A stretch of 44,197 bases of DNA from Blastocystis sp. subtype 4 (lineage: Eukaryota): the NCBI RefSeq assembly GCF_000743755.1, contig NW_014569484.1:1-44197 (forward strand), in the 5' to 3' direction. This document shows, piece by piece, positions 24,875 to 40,771 of this stretch. How positions within the stretch are numbered: position 1 is the stretch's first letter; the number at the start of each line of letters is the position of its first letter. The notes beneath the pieces are model-generated. The model made no database searches. It was not told the DNA's origin and saw only the letters and a list, made by a program, of their open reading frames with translations. The position numbers were made by a program, and so were the translations under genes.

Positions 24875-27800
24875 ATGGCATCCAATATCGAAGTAGTCTC
24901 ATCGCTAGTTAGTCTTGTGAAAAGTGGGAATGAGATTAGCGACACCATCCTCCAAGGTTTGTGCTTTATTGGTCATCAACATATAGAAACAATGGAGATA
25001 TGTAACGAACTGATGAAATCACCGTCTTTATCCTCCAGTGATGTTGAGATCATTCTCCATTACTCAACGGAACTCTATAATAACTGCAGAGCTGCTTATC
25101 AAACGGCATGTGATAATCAGTGGAATGACAGAAAACGTAGTCTTGCCCTGCTGCGCTATGCATCCTGTCTGTTATTACATGTAACATCACTAAATGGTCT
25201 CCTAAACAATCAACCGTCGAAACAGCTTGTTGGAAGTGCACCAGATATCCTCCGAGCCTATGAACACACATCATCCAATCTCAAGGAATGTGGTTATGAT
25301 GAAGAATACAAACAGTGTTTCTCTAATGCTATTGGAATTATTGATCAAATGGATCCAATTCTGAATCAAATCAATACAGGAGCAAGTTTTTACACTTTTA
25401 AAGAGGCAGAATATGATGTGTTGATGGAATGGGTTGCCTCCCTGATCCCTTCAAGTCCTCCAGAACAGTGTATCGAAATCCTGAAAAGAATCCGTGATGA
25501 CTGTGTGAAATACCTACCAGACCTGAAGTATACCTTTGTGAGTCAAGTGTAAGATATGAGACTCCAATCTAGTGTAGATATAACTACGTTGGTGAGTATC
25601 ACAAGCAACACAAATGGAATGTGGTAGCTTCTTGGTCATCAATGATTTTTGAAGTTGTTGAGAAAGAGACGAATCAAGACTATGTGGATTTACGAGAACG
25701 AATTATCTATCTCCTTTCTAATGCCTACTTGAATTTACATGATGAAGGGAAGTGTTTGATTTGTCTTCAAATCTGTTCAAATCCCAATACTCCTCAGATT
25801 CAATACTTGTATCTTCGTTATTACATGGAGATTCGGAACATATCCTTCATTGACTATAAAATAGATTCTCTTAATCCTACCTTGAGAAAATGATTGAATC
25901 CTTTCAAAGGATTGTGGATTATGCGAAGGAAAATGATAAGGATTTGATGTTAGAATCATTCACCCTACTCTGTGAAGCTACTTCACTGAGCTCTGCATCC
26001 AAACAATGGTAAATATGAGTATCATCATTGAGTTATAGTGCTATTGAAGCATCAGAGAAACATCCAGAATGGAAGAGTTCAATTCGAGTTGAATTACTGT
26101 GTTGTTATCTCTCAAATCCTCTCTTTATCGATCAGTCTACGGATCTCTTCAATGATTGTATCACAGGTACCAGCTCACATCATTCTGATCATCAGAACAT
26201 AATCAAGGAACATGTTCTATTGATGAAGACTCATTCTCTCATGTATCCATTCTCTTCGTATTCCATTGTAGTTACTCTCCAGTATGTTACAGCTCTGTGC
26301 TGACTACTATACCAATGAAAACTATCAAGCCTGTGCTATTGTCATTCCTTATACCTTCTCTAATCTGTAGTGGTGTAAACGTATCACTCAACTGCCTCAG
26401 ATTGATGCTTCTCGTCGTTGTGAAGTATACACATTGTGGGCCTATTGTCAATGGAAACTGAGAGATATTGTAGGAATCAGCATTGATGTAAACTGTAGCC
26501 TTCAGCAAAGGAACATATCCAGAATGCTCTACAGATTCGCGCAGGAGATAAAGTCAGGATTGTTTGAGATTGCCATAAATAGGAACGATTTCTGCAATAT
26601 CGTATTCAGCTCTCTGATTCAACCATGCAAGATTCTGTAATCACTTGGTAGCTTTCTCATCACTAGTTGATCATCAAAGAGAGTGAAGCTCTCTTTGTTC
26701 AGTCCTCAGATAAGTTCCTTCTCCTCGCTGCTGATGAAGCCATTGCTCAGCATCGGCCTGAGATAGGTCCTCCTCACTTCATTCTGTGATTCATAGCACG
26801 TAGTGTTCTGGAACGTATTTTATCTCGTATCAACTGGGTTGATAAAGGATCCCCTGTTCATCTCTCAACAGTAATCCGATCACTAATTCAACTTACTATC
26901 GATATAACCAATGTACCATCAATATTGGAGCAAGACAATCAGCAGCGTGTTCAAGAGTATTTGCTATGTCTTCTTCATACAATGAGCAATGAAACACTTG
27001 CTTCTGAATCTATTGCTGCCATCCTATTTGAATCTATCTCTGAGATTGATTGGTTTGCAACACTCTGCTGGAATCTGGGTGTATTCTTTAGTAGTGTGAT
27101 GAACTATGATCAGGCAAGTTTCTTCTGGTACTCAAACTATCGTTTCCTGTCATGTTGCTCACCATCTCCTGAAGTATACACAATGGAACGTCAGTCTCTG
27201 ACTCTGACTGTTGCCACTTATCTTCAGACAGAAGCTTCCCATAACAACTCTCAGGAAGACATAGATGGACTCTCTGTCTCCAAGTGTCTTAGTCTGCTAA
27301 CAACATGTCGAGGAGTCTTGAAAGAACTGAGTCCTTCTGCCATCATTGAAGAGACTCAGATATACTTAAATCAATTGGAGGTAACTTGTTTGGCCAGGAT
27401 CAATGACTCCATGTTGCTACCTAAACTGAAGGAATACAGTAGTTCTCATCTCTTTTCATTCTCTTTCTTCTTGGAGTTATATTACATTCTGGAACAGGAG
27501 AATTCCAATGATACGACAGCCAAGAAGGAGTGTTTGAGAACTGCATTACAACTACTCTTACAGCAACCTTCTTTCTCTCTGACGAGTGTATGTGAAATAA
27601 TTCACTGTCTCTTGTTGGTATGTGAATCCAAAACTGAAGAATATCATTGGATTGAACAGCTTCTACAGATTGTGAAGACCTATGGAGAGCCGTTTCAGTA
27701 TATATTCATTCTGTTGACTCATAAGTAGGAATAATGACCAGTTTGCTTTCTTCACAGTGCAAATGTGGAACTGCGGAATCTATTACCAGAGACTGAACAA

Positions 27801-27955
27801 TATGCAGGAAGCAGAGAGATTCATGTCTATTGCTATTCAGTTGACATCCTACTGTCAGGAAATCATGAAAGTGAGCGTTTCAACATGGATTTATATATAG
27901 CCATACCTCAATGACATGAATGACAACTATGCCACCTTGTTATCGAAGATGAAAT
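24875..27955 (+). CDS. ZIP4: SPO22/ZIP4/TEX11-like meiotic TPR protein; stop completed by poly(A)
   Basis: Helical-repeat protein with EIDWFATLCWNLG and C-terminal QMWNCGIYYQRLNNMQEAERFMSIAI. Many short introns, including AT-AC 25840-25880. T27955 is in frame, 4 nt before TGTTTGTT (27960). Confidence 0.7.
25840..25880 (+). other. U12-type AT-AC intron (41 nt) in ZIP4-like gene
   Basis: ATATCCTT donor, TTCTCTTAAT branch-like motif, TAC end. Removal joins ..EIRN|LEKMIES.. in frame; no GT-AG alternative found. Confidence 0.85.
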
Positions 27956-28110
27956 TGGTTGTTTGTTGCAATAAAGGACATTTTCTATCTTCTACTTCTC
28001 TACATTGACAGTTCAGTTGATGCACAGATCGATCTTTCTCACTTTCCTCAAGAAATCGTCATATCCGATTCTCAGTATATTGCAGATAGGATATCATAAA
28101 ACCAGGTCGG

Positions 28111-29097
28111 ATGAAACGCCTTTTTCATTTCTTCAAAACAACAGTTTTGTACTGGATCTGCAGCAGCAGAGTTTCTTTACTAGATAACTCAAACACGAAG
28201 GAGAAAAAGAATGCAGTAGGAAGTGAATTTAGGGAAAATGATGTATGTAATCCCTTTTGTAGAACGTCTAGTAGTTCTGACAATTACTCATCCTATTCAT
28301 ACTCAGATATCGACGCTGAGTCGCGTTTATTGTATAGTTATGACGTATAGGAATAGGAGTTGGATTGAACGTTTTTGCTCGAAGCCCGATAATGTCTACA
28401 TGTGTGAAGTAGATGAGGAATATATTCGAGACTCTTTTAATCTCTATGGCTTGGATTCGGATTGCCATTACTACAAACAGGCTATCAACTTGATTCTTGA
28501 TTCTGATTCTTCTGTTTCGGAAACTAGTAGTGGTAGATCTATGAGCAGCTTATCAGATATAGAAGAAGAGGATATTGCCACCATCAAAGATACTGCAGAG
28601 TATCTGTATGGTATGATTCATGCCCGTTACATCATTTCTGCTGATGGGTTGGATGCGATGGTTTGATTCTCCATTTTCTATCACACATAGTTGGAAAAGT
28701 ACAAACAACATCACTTTGGTGTTTGCTCAAGAGTTTATTGCCACAATCAAAGTTTGCTTCCGGTCGGTTTGAGTGACAAGCCCAATGTGAATACGGTGAA
28801 GCTGTTCTGTCCCTGCTGTAAGGAGATCTATAATCCTCCTGAGGAGTTGGGAAGTGAAGGTTATTAGGATGATTAACCATAGACATTGATGGTGCTTTCT
28901 TTGGAACCACATTCCCTCACATGTTCCTTTTGCAATACCCGGATTATCTTTCGTCTCCTTCTCAGTCGTATGAACCAAGGATTTTTGGATATAAGATTCA
29001 TCACTCTAGGTATGTATGTGCTTTATTGTTGAAAGGTAGTCCATATTATCAAAAGTCAAATAAGAGACTGGAAGATTCGAATAAGAGTAATTACTGA
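28111..29097 (+). CDS. CKB: Casein kinase II regulatory (beta) subunit
   Basis: SWIERFC..CEVDEEYIRDSFNLYGL, LYGMIHARYI, FGVCSRVYC, VKLFCPCC, IDGAFFGTTFPHMF and YEPRIFGYKIH. Start exon tentative. Confidence 0.92.
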
Positions 29098-29203
29098 GTG
29101 TTCTTTTGATTTGTTTATTCAAAATGAAACCGAAACGCCGTCTTGTATTAACTAGCTATGAATCTCTATTTCTTCTCATTTTCTGAAGTGGATAGATCCC
29201 ATC

Positions 29204-30749
29204 ATGTCAATTAGCTATTATGAAGTGTTAAATGTAAGATCGGATGCCACTCCAGAGGAATTGAAGAGAGCGTACATTTGTATCAGATTTCTAATATCTA
29301 GGTACAGAAAGCTTGCCTTGAGGTGGCATCCTGACAAGAATACTGACAATCGAGAGGAAGCTGAAAGGATGTTCAAAGAGATTAATGTTGCCTATGATGT
29401 ATTATGTATTATAGTCAAGTGATATGAAGATTTTGAGCGATCCTCGACGTCGGCAGATCTATGACGAAGAGGGAGAAGAAGGGTTGTATGGAGATGTCCC
29501 TCCAGAGGATGATGATTTCTTTGATGAATCTTCCTATGATTCCGATGACCATTCTACAGATCAGTCTTTTTCGGGTTCATATCATCCTCCTCCACCTTCT
29601 GCAGCCGCTCCACCACCACCAACATCGAAAGCTCCTCAACCACCAGGAATGGCAGCACCACAACCGCCACCAAAGCGTAATCCAACGATTCCACAACGAG
29701 ATTGTGATACTACATATTCAGAACGTAGATCGGCTTCTGAGAAGGTGTATTCGTCTGACTACTCGGAATACTTTTCTCATCCTTATTCTTCCGATTCTAT
29801 GGGGTGTGGAACGCAGGATTCAGGAACTAGACGAACATCCCCTTCACCATCAGTTCCCTTACGTACTACCAAGCCTCAAGCTCCTCCTTCTATGGACAAG
29901 AAACAGTCTGGTCACACTCGTCCGCATGGAACACATCATGTTTCTCACACGGATCCTTACGACATCTTTAGAAAGTTCTTCGGAACTCAAGATTTCCGCC
30001 AGGCTGCGTCTATGGGAGATGGGTTTTCTTTCTTTGACAACCCTTCTCTCACCTCAAGCCAAAGGAATTCGCAAGAGGATGCCTATCCTCCACAACACTC
30101 ATCTTCTTCTCAGACACAGGAAGAAGAGCCAGCTGAGGTGATTATAGATCCTCCAATTATTCGTAACTATTTCTGTTCTCTGGAAGATTTGTACGAATGA
30201 GGAAGATTGATGATTTGAAGATATACTGGAGTTACAAAGCGCATGAAGGTTGTGAGGAAAGTAATAACACCTCAGGGACCATCCACAATGGAGAAGATCG
30301 TTGAGTTTGAAGTCCAGCCTGGGAAGAAAGCAGGGAGTAAGGTGACTTTCAAGAAGTGAGTATGAATTGGAATAATGAGAAGTAGATTAGGTGATGAGAT
30401 TCCTGGACACATTCCAGCTGATATTGTTTTTACATTACAAGAAAAGCCTCACAAAGTGTATAAACGAGAAGGAGACGATTTAGTGGTTGTTAAGGACATT
30501 TCTCTTCGCGAAGCTCTTTGTGGATTACGTTTTGAATATCAACATATAAATGGGCGTTATATGAATGTACTAATTCCAGCAGTAATTACACCTGAATCAG
30601 AACAACGTTATCATGGACTTGGAATGCCAATTCCTAAGAGTGATAATGAGTTTGGTGACTTGGTGTTTCGATTCCATATTCGTTTCCCAAAGACCATTTC
30701 AGCAGAGAATAAGGAAATTGTAAAACGATTAACTTTTTTGGACGAATGA
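29204..30749 (+). CDS. DnaJ/Hsp40 subfamily B protein with a long Pro/Ser-rich linker
   Basis: [62 protein letters not shown] and GLGMP..GDL. Confidence 0.9.
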
Positions 30750-30888
30750 GTGTTTTTCATGTTTCATTCATTTGGTAATTGTTTGTTTGGAAACGCCCCC
30801 TTATGGAATAGGAAATCTATAGAATATATGGAGTTCCATTTCTCAGATTTGATTACTTGTCCTTTCAATTTCGTCATTTAGACTGTCT

Positions 30889-33800
30889 ATGTCACTTTGT
30901 CGAGTCGGAATCGCCAGCAGGTTTGTTTCTCCACAGCTTGCAAGTCGATCTGTGCTGACAAATCTAGCATCCGCTTCTGTCTTCAGACGGTACTTCTGGT
31001 GGAGTCGGAAATCGAATGAAGAGGACAAGGGACAGAAAGAGGATAAAAAGAAAGATGACAAGGAGAAGAAGAAGCCGGAAGTGCCTTCTTTCGGAACTAA
31101 AGACCAAATTAAACCCACGAAGGATAGTGCCGGAACGAATTCGTTCAGTGATAAGAAGCTATCTGAAGACTTGGAGAAGTATAGCGATTCGTTACTTCGG
31201 AATGACCCTGCAAGGAGTGTAATCGATGATATTACGGATTTTGGACCTATCCAGAAGATCGGACGCGATCCTTACAAGACCTTCCAGGAGTTTATGACTC
31301 CTCGTCCCGTACGACTCCACAGTGAAATGGTTATTCCTGCAATTCCTCTTCCTGTTCGTCCTTTGCTTCCAGGGTTTATGCAGAACCTAACAATCTCAGA
31401 TCGAGCCACAATTCAAAAGCTACGTGAGGTTCAAGCTTCATCGGATCGATATGTGGGACTTTTCTTAAGAAAGGAAAAGTCTTCCAATGATCTAGCCGAT
31501 AACCCTGATGTGATTCGTAGTCTTAGTGATGTTTATTCTGTTGGAACGTAAAAATGAATTGATGACCTGATTTTTAGGTGTGCTGAATTGCAGGACATTC
31601 GTATGATAGGAACGAACGCTTCAGTTATTCTTCTTGGTCGCAGTCGTATCAGTATCAAGGATTGCGTTCAGTTGGGTCCTCCAACCCTTATTAAAGCTGA
31701 TCGCATTCCTCCTCCTGTAAATGACTTAGATGAGGTTACTATGAATGCCTACGCAAATGAAATTTTCAGTTACACGCAACTTATCGCAGCCGCCAATCCC
31801 ATTCTCAATGAGTATCTCACACTGTTCATGCAGCGTCGTGAGACAGATAATCCGCTGTACTTTGCTGATTTTGCTGGAGGTCTTACTATGGAACATCGAG
31901 AGCTCCAGCAGAAGCTGTTGGAATCACGCTCATATCCTGAACGCTTTGAAGTAGCCATAAAACTCTTCAGCCAAGAATTACAAACGATTCGAATCCAACA
32001 GGAATTGAAGAAGAAGGTGGAAGCAAATACAAAGGAGACAGAGCGGAAGTTTATTCTGAAGGAACAAATGAAGGTAATCCAGCAACAGTTGGGAGGAGAT
32101 AAGGATCCAAAGCAATCGTATATTGATAAGATCAATGCGAAACTAGAAGATATGAAGAATCGAAAAGTCTCAGAAGCAGCAATCACAGTAGAAGAAGTGA
32201 GAATGAATGAATTATAGGCGGTGAAGGAAGAATTAACTCGTCTTTCTTATACTGATATCCAGAGTGCTGAGTTCAGTATCATTCGTAATTACATTGATTG
32301 GATTACGGGTATCCCATGGAATGTGTTGGGACCTGACCAAATGAATCTGGTTTATGCTGAGAAAGTGTTGAATGAGGATCACTATGGATTGAAGGTTGGT
32401 GATTGATGGGGAAACTCACTTTCAGGATGTGAAGGATCGTATTCTTGAATTCATCGCAGTTGGAAAGCTCCAAGGGAATATTCCAGGAAAAGTGCTGTGT
32501 TTTGTGGGACCACCAGGTACCGGAAAGACAAGTGTGGCTAAGAGTATTGCTCGAGCTCTGGGTCGCGAATACTATCAATTTTCCGTGGGAGGGGCAAATG
32601 ATGTATCTCAAATCAAAGGTCATCGTCGGACGTATCTGGGGTCGATGCCTGGTAAACTGATTCATTGTTTGAAGACCACAAAAGTGAATAATCCGTTGAT
32701 TTTAATTGATGAAGTTGACAAGATTTCTGCTTCACATCAAGTAGGACCCATGATAGTTGTATAGTATAGGGAGATCCAGCAAGTGCTTTATTGGAAGTAC
32801 TGGATCCAAATCAGAATACTGCTTTTGTTGACAATTATTTGGACGTACCTGTGGACTTTAGTAAAGCCCTATTTGTCTGTACAGCAAATGATTTGAGTTC
32901 AATCCCACAACCTTTAGTAGATCGAATGGAAGTGATTCGTATCAGCGGATATGATTACAAAGAGAAGCTTGAAATCAGTAAGAATTACCTTGAGAAGAAG
33001 GCTCGAATTGCTACAGGGTTGGAGAAGTGAGGATGGAGAGGAACAATGATGATTAGAGACAAAATTACCACTCCAAAGAGTCTTCAGATTACAGATGAGG
33101 CTTTGTCCTCTTTGATCCGTTGGTACTGTCGTGAAGCTGGTGTAAGGAACCTGGAAGTAAGTGTTGAGGAAGAGAGATAAGAGACAGAAGTACATAGAGA
33201 AGATTTATCGAAAGGTGGCCATGAGAATAGCAAAAATGAGTCCAGAGGAGATTGCTGAAACAGATTTTACCATCCGTGAAGAAGATTTAGAACAATACGT
33301 GGGAAAACGAATCTTTCTCTCAGATCGATTGTATGATGAAACTCCTGCTGGTGTAGTTATGGGTTTAGCTTGGACATCAATGGGAGGAGCTACATTGTAT
33401 ATTGAGTGTCAGACGATTAAACCTCATCCTTTGGATACTACAATCTCACATTTCCTCCCTACTGGTGTAACCCCGGTGACACCAGATACATCCCTCACAT
33501 CATCATCTTCTGTGAGTGTAGCAAGTACTCCGTCTACAGAAGCACATGCTGAAGACGGGAATGGAGTGAAAGAGCAAAAGGAGCAAACTGGAGGAGGGTC
33601 TGTATCAGTTGGTCACTTGACAATGACAGGGCAACTTGGAGATGTGATGAAGGAGAGTATTCAGATTGCTTACATTAATGCTCGACGATGGATGCAACGT
33701 CTCTCATTCAGCCAACCTCTCTACGATTCGTTGATAACAAGTTTCAATGCAATGAAAGCATATTCAATGAGTACTCCAACTAAGGAAACTGTGTTCAATA

Positions 33801-34199
33801 TTCTGGAAACATCGGATCTTCATATGCATCTTCCAGAGGGAGCAACTCCTAAAGATGGGCCTAGTGCTGGTTGTGCAATCACAACTGCTCTACTCTCAAC
33901 AGCTCTAAATCGTCCTATTAAGCAAGGTCTAGCAATGACGGGAGAGATTAGTCTGAATGGTAAAGTGCTTCCTGTTGGAGGAATCAAAGAGAAGGTGATG
34001 GCTGCAAGAAGAGCAGGAATCAATGAGATTATTCTGCCTGCAGAGAATTGTCGTGATGTGAATGTAAGATTGTGAGATTCAAGATGAGAAATAGGAATTA
34101 CCTGAGTATGTGAAAGAGAATCTTGTAATACACTATGCAAAGACATATGAGAATGTACTCCAGTACACAGAATTATGTCCTGAAATCTTTAAGGTCTAA
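30889..34199 (+). CDS. LON: Mitochondrial Lon protease
   Basis: Presequence, Walker [17 protein letters not shown], Walker [18 protein letters not shown] catalytic Ser and LPVGGIKEK. Seven 29-31 nt introns, TAA at 34197, TGTTTGTT at 34216. Confidence 0.96.
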
Positions 34200-34522
34200 A
34201 GGTTGTTTAGTTCAGTGTTTGTTTGATGATCCAAGTGATTCGATCCTTCGTTTTTGTTGGATTGATATGGGTACTATTAGTCTTTCTCTTTCACCAATAG
34301 GGTTTTATTCTACTTGTATTTCCATTCCCATCTCGGCAAACAGAATCGAGTTTAACAATCCGCTCACACTTGGGTAAAAAAGAGGAGTCGTTGCTATTCT
34401 TCCTGATTATGGAGTAGGACGCTTTCCACGGTATTTCCCCAGGTCCACCCAATTGGGAAGTCTCCTTATCAGAATAAGCTTAGTACACAGGTAAGGAGCA
34501 AAAGAAGAACATCATTTGCTAG

Positions 34523-35741
34523 ATGAATCCTTTTGGAATTCAAGAACCTTATGTCCGTCTGCAATACTATATATAGTTGATTTCTAGTCAAATTTCCATT
34601 GATGGATGATGTGTCCATGTGTGAAGACTATACATCGTATCTCTTAGGTGTTTCTAACGATCTGAAGAAACCTTATCTTACGGATGTAATTGCCTATCAT
34701 TTTCCTAACGAGACACATGTGTATGTGATCATGAGTATCTACAACGTCCCTGTGGACCGTCGTGCTGAAGAAATTCATCAGAATTACTCCTTAATTTTTG
34801 ATGGTGTGACCTACAACACTTTATTACCTGTTAATTCGAGTTATCCGTATCACAGCATAATGAAATATATTCTGCCGTTTCCCTTTAATATCCGGAATGG
34901 AATCAAAGTAGAACCATTCTATGGTTCGTTTGTAGTAACCATTGTAAACAATGTTCAACATCGTGTGTATTCGAATGTGCATGTATGTCTCCGAAATCGT
35001 ATTGTAAGGCGAAATACGACACTATGTGCGTATGTCTCAGACTACAACTCCATGGATGAATTGCGCCACTGGAGTGCATATCATCTCATGATGCATATTG
35101 ATAAACTTGTATTCTATATGGGAAATAACTATTTCGATTTAGATCGAATGATGAAGAACATTACCGAATTGGGTTTTCTAGAAATTGTGAATTGGGTATT
35201 TCCGAAGAATGTATTGGAAGATGGGCAACCTATCCAAATAAACCATCAATATGCACAAGCTGCATCTTGTTTTTATCGAAACAAGTATGCATCACGATAT
35301 GTGCTTCTTTTCGATACAGACGAGTATATGTACATTAATAAAACCCATGTTGAATATGATTTACTCCCATATATCGAATTGTGGAATTCCGAATATCCAT
35401 CTGTGGATGCATTCCGTGTCAAGTCCAATATGATGATGCGAAAGAGAGAAACGTGGGTGCCGCGCGATAAGTACATTCGGGAAGGGAAATTGTTCACGTT
35501 CTTTAATCGTATCTTACCTGAGATATATTCAGGAAGAATTAAACTAATCCTACCGAGTCGATTTGATGGAATTATGGGCCTTCACGATTGTACTTCCTGT
35601 TCCATGTTCATTCCACCTGATGATATTCTGAGAATGGCTCACTACAAAGTGACTTATATGCGTGCACATGATGTTGATAACGTGATGAAATTGTATGCTG
35701 AACCAGTCTTGAATATGCGAAGAGAATTATTTGGTGAATAA
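34523..35741 (+). CDS. Glycosyltransferase family 92 / DUF23-like protein (5' exons uncertain)
   Basis: LRHWSAYHLMMHIDKLVFY, QYAQAASCFYRNKY..YVLLFDTDEY (DxD) and MAHYK. Confidence 0.7.
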
Positions 35742-35785
35742 CATGTTCCTTTATATTACTAAATGTGTATTGAAACAAACAAACG

Positions 35786-37535
<1,750 letters not shown>

Positions 37536-37922
37536 GGCAACTATAAGTCTGGATCAAGACACGTTTATCGACAAAACTCAAACCGAACTGAGAGTACAAA
37601 CAAGAATGCCGTTTTTTCGGTTTTTGAAATGCCTGTATTTCAGGAGCAATAACTGTTACTGGAACCTCAATAACGGTTTCTCTAATGAAATGAGATCCCT
37701 ACAATATCACGGGGACTCAAGATAATTGAGCGTTATTATCAAATGGGGATGATCCCCGCAAAAGTCAGAAAGACAAATATCCTAGAAATCTGGAAAGTGT
37801 CGAAATACAAGAGAATGTGATGATGACAAGAATCGAAGGAATATGCATACCGAATAATAGGACAGTACGAAAACACAACAAGTCCCACTGTTTACGGGTT
37901 GCAAATCATCTTACGTTCGTTT

Positions 37923-38609
37923 ATGTCCACTATCTCTCCAATGTATGATAACACTTCGGAAGAAAACCGAGATGAACACGGTAATGGAAATAGCATGGAA
38001 CTCGTAAACGATTTGACATCAAAAGTACAAACTCTTCAGAACGCTTACGAAGAGTATCTCGATGCCGAACAGGTAAGAGTGATCGTAATAATTGACGGTA
38101 GGATGTTGTTGGATCACTAAGAAAACAATATGCGGTTGTCAGTGATGATTGTTCTTTTGTTCGGATCATGGAGGTCTTACAGCAAATGGGAGACTATTCG
38201 GTATAAACTGCAGACGAATTCTAATGATATAGAAGAAGATGGATGGAATTCTGAAACGGATGGATTCGATCTATGAAAGAGTGCACTGCTTTGTGTAGGT
38301 GTAATAGATAGGTGGAGAAACTTCAGGTTAATGCAGATGAAATAAAAGTGATTGTAGAATCAGGTAGGATTGGGTTTGATTATTGATATAGTGCCTCCCG
38401 GGAAGCCAGTTCCCTCTGCTTCAAAGCAGATTCAGTCATCGGTAAACTCCTACATGTCAAAAGCAAAATCGTCAATAGAAAATACGGTGTCGTCGGCAAA
38501 AAGTGGCGACATGAAGGAGAAGATTTCTGATTCCATGTCCTCGTTAGGAGATAAGATGAGTCAAGTGATGGATAAGGCCAAGACGACTGTACAGAATCTG
38601 CGCAATTAG
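37923..38609 (+). CDS. Small coiled-coil hypothetical protein
   Basis: ORFs 37899-38120 and 38370-38609 linked by short exons and introns. Exon structure not fully resolved. Confidence 0.45.
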
Positions 38610-38780
38610 ATATAATCATATTGTTTCTTTTGTTTGATGAAAAAGTCAATGCGAGAATACAGTTTGATTACCTTGCCAGAATTAAAGAATCCCCACTCAT
38701 CTGCGGTAATGTGTCATCGAGTTATTCGTGATGACGTTGGTACCTGTACATGCCATTCTTCTTCTTCAATAAATACGAAA

Positions 38781-40748
38781 ATGTCTGCAACACTTCCAGA
38801 TACTTATAGAGCAGTCAACAAGACAGATGTAATAGAAATACGTCGTCATCCAGAAAGTGGCTTTGATCCAGAACCAACAACACTATGCAAGGTATTAGTT
38901 ATAACAAACTGAGATGCTAGGAATTTAAGAGGTGTTGCGCAGAGTATGGTGATTATCCTGCTATTGTCAGCATGGAAGATAAAGTGTATTCCTATTCGGA
39001 TTACTATAAGCATGCAACCTTGTTTGCTAAATCGTTGATTCATATTGGTTGTCAACTGAAAGATGTCGTTAGTATTACTGGATTCAATTCTCCGGAATAT
39101 CATTTTGCTCTTCATGGTACTTGGCTTGCCGGAGGAGTAACAGCCGGCATTTATACAACCAATAGTGAAGAAGCAACTCAATATGTGTTGGAACACTCAG
39201 AGTCTGTTGTATGTGTTTGTCAGGCAGGGAGACAACTTCAAAAGTTGTTGAGCATTCGCGAGCATGTTCCACTCCTGAAGGCAATTGTAGTTTACTGGCA
39301 GAAGGAGCCACTTCCTCAAATCCCTGAAGACTCATTTGCTCGGGTGTATACATGGGATGACTTTTTGAAATTGGGAGTGGATGTAACAGATGAGTTGGTT
39401 GATGAACGCATCCAGAAAACAGTGCCTGGAAGCTGTGCAACCCTCATCTACACATCAGGAACCACAGGCGATCCAAAGGGAGTTATGTGTTCTCATGATT
39501 CATGTACTTACAATGCAAAGGCTGCAATACAAGCTGTGGGTCTGAGTGATGGTGAACGATTTGTTGGCTATCTTCCCTTGAATCATGTTGCTGCTCAGTT
39601 CATTGATACAATGTTGCTAACTGTGATTAAGATGACAATGTACATGGCTAGACCTGATGCTTTGAAGGGAACCCTTACAGAAACACTGAAGAAAGCCAAA
39701 CCAACAGTATTTGTCGGTGTTCCTCGTGTGTTTGAAAAGATGATGGATGCTATCAAAGTAACTTTTGCCAAGAATAGTTATTTCAAACAGTACATCATTT
39801 CATGGGCTCGAGACATTGGATATCGTGCTGCTTTAACTCGTCAATATGGCAAGACGTATACACAGCCCTGGTTCTACAGTATTGCAAAACGATTGGTGTT
39901 CGATACCCTTCGTGGCAATCTAGGTTTGGAAAACTGTCATACCATGATTGTTTCTGCTGCTCCTATTACTGAAGAGACTCTTCGATTCTTCGCTTCGTTT
40001 GATATGCCTATCTACGATCTTCTTGGTCAATCCGAAGGCACAGCTCCTGTGTGTACTTGCTCCAAAGTGAATCAGAGATGGAAGATTGGAACTGTAGGTC
40101 TCCCAATGCCTGGAGTGGAGGTTCAGACGGATCCTCTGACAGAAGAGATTGTGTACAGAGGACGTATTACGATGATGGGTTATTTGAAACAACCTCAAGA
40201 GACACTGAGTACATTGGATGCAGATGGATGGATTCACACTGGAGATCAGGGTAAGAAGGATGAAGATGGATTCCTGAAGGTAACCGGTCGTCTGAAGGAA
40301 TTGATTGTGACAGCTGGAGGTGAAAATGTTTCTCCTGTTATTATTGAGACGAAGGTGATGGAGTTTGCTCCGATCTTCAGCTGTTGTGTGGCTGTTGGAG
40401 ATAAGAGAAAGTTCATTTCATTACTGATTTGTCTTCGCTGTGAGACGGGAGCAGATGGTGAGTCCAATCACAAACTGGCTCATGATGTGATTGTTACACT
40501 TCAGGGTCTGGGTTCAACAGCTACGACCGTAGAGGAAGCAATGACAGATGCGAAGGTGAAGGCATACATTGATGAAGTGATTGCAAAATACAACAAGGTG
40601 GCTATTAGTCGTGCTCAGGAGATTCGAAAGTGGTGTGTGGTTCCTCACGAGTTCTCAGTTGGTAAGGGAGAACTCACAGCTACAATGAAGCTTCGACGAG
40701 CTGTGGTTCATGAACACTATGCAAAAGAGATTGATGCAATGTATTGTT
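38781..40748 (+). CDS. Long-chain fatty acyl-CoA synthetase (bubblegum/ACSBG-like); stop completed by poly(A)
   Basis: IYTSGTTGDPKGVM, YLPLNH, GQSEG, GWIHTGDQG, GRLKELIVTAGGENV and ELTATMKLRR..YAKEIDAMY. Intron 38892-38920. T40748 is in frame, 4 nt before TGTTTGTA. Confidence 0.92.
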
Positions 40749-40771
40749 CTCATGTTTGTAGAAAACAAGAT

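Noticed and set aside
34599..35741. Long intron-free GT92 exon as evidence of lateral transfer or retroposition
   Set aside because: TrxR, the acyl-CoA synthetase and SHMT also have exons over 1 kb, and the gene has 5' introns. Phylogeny would be needed.
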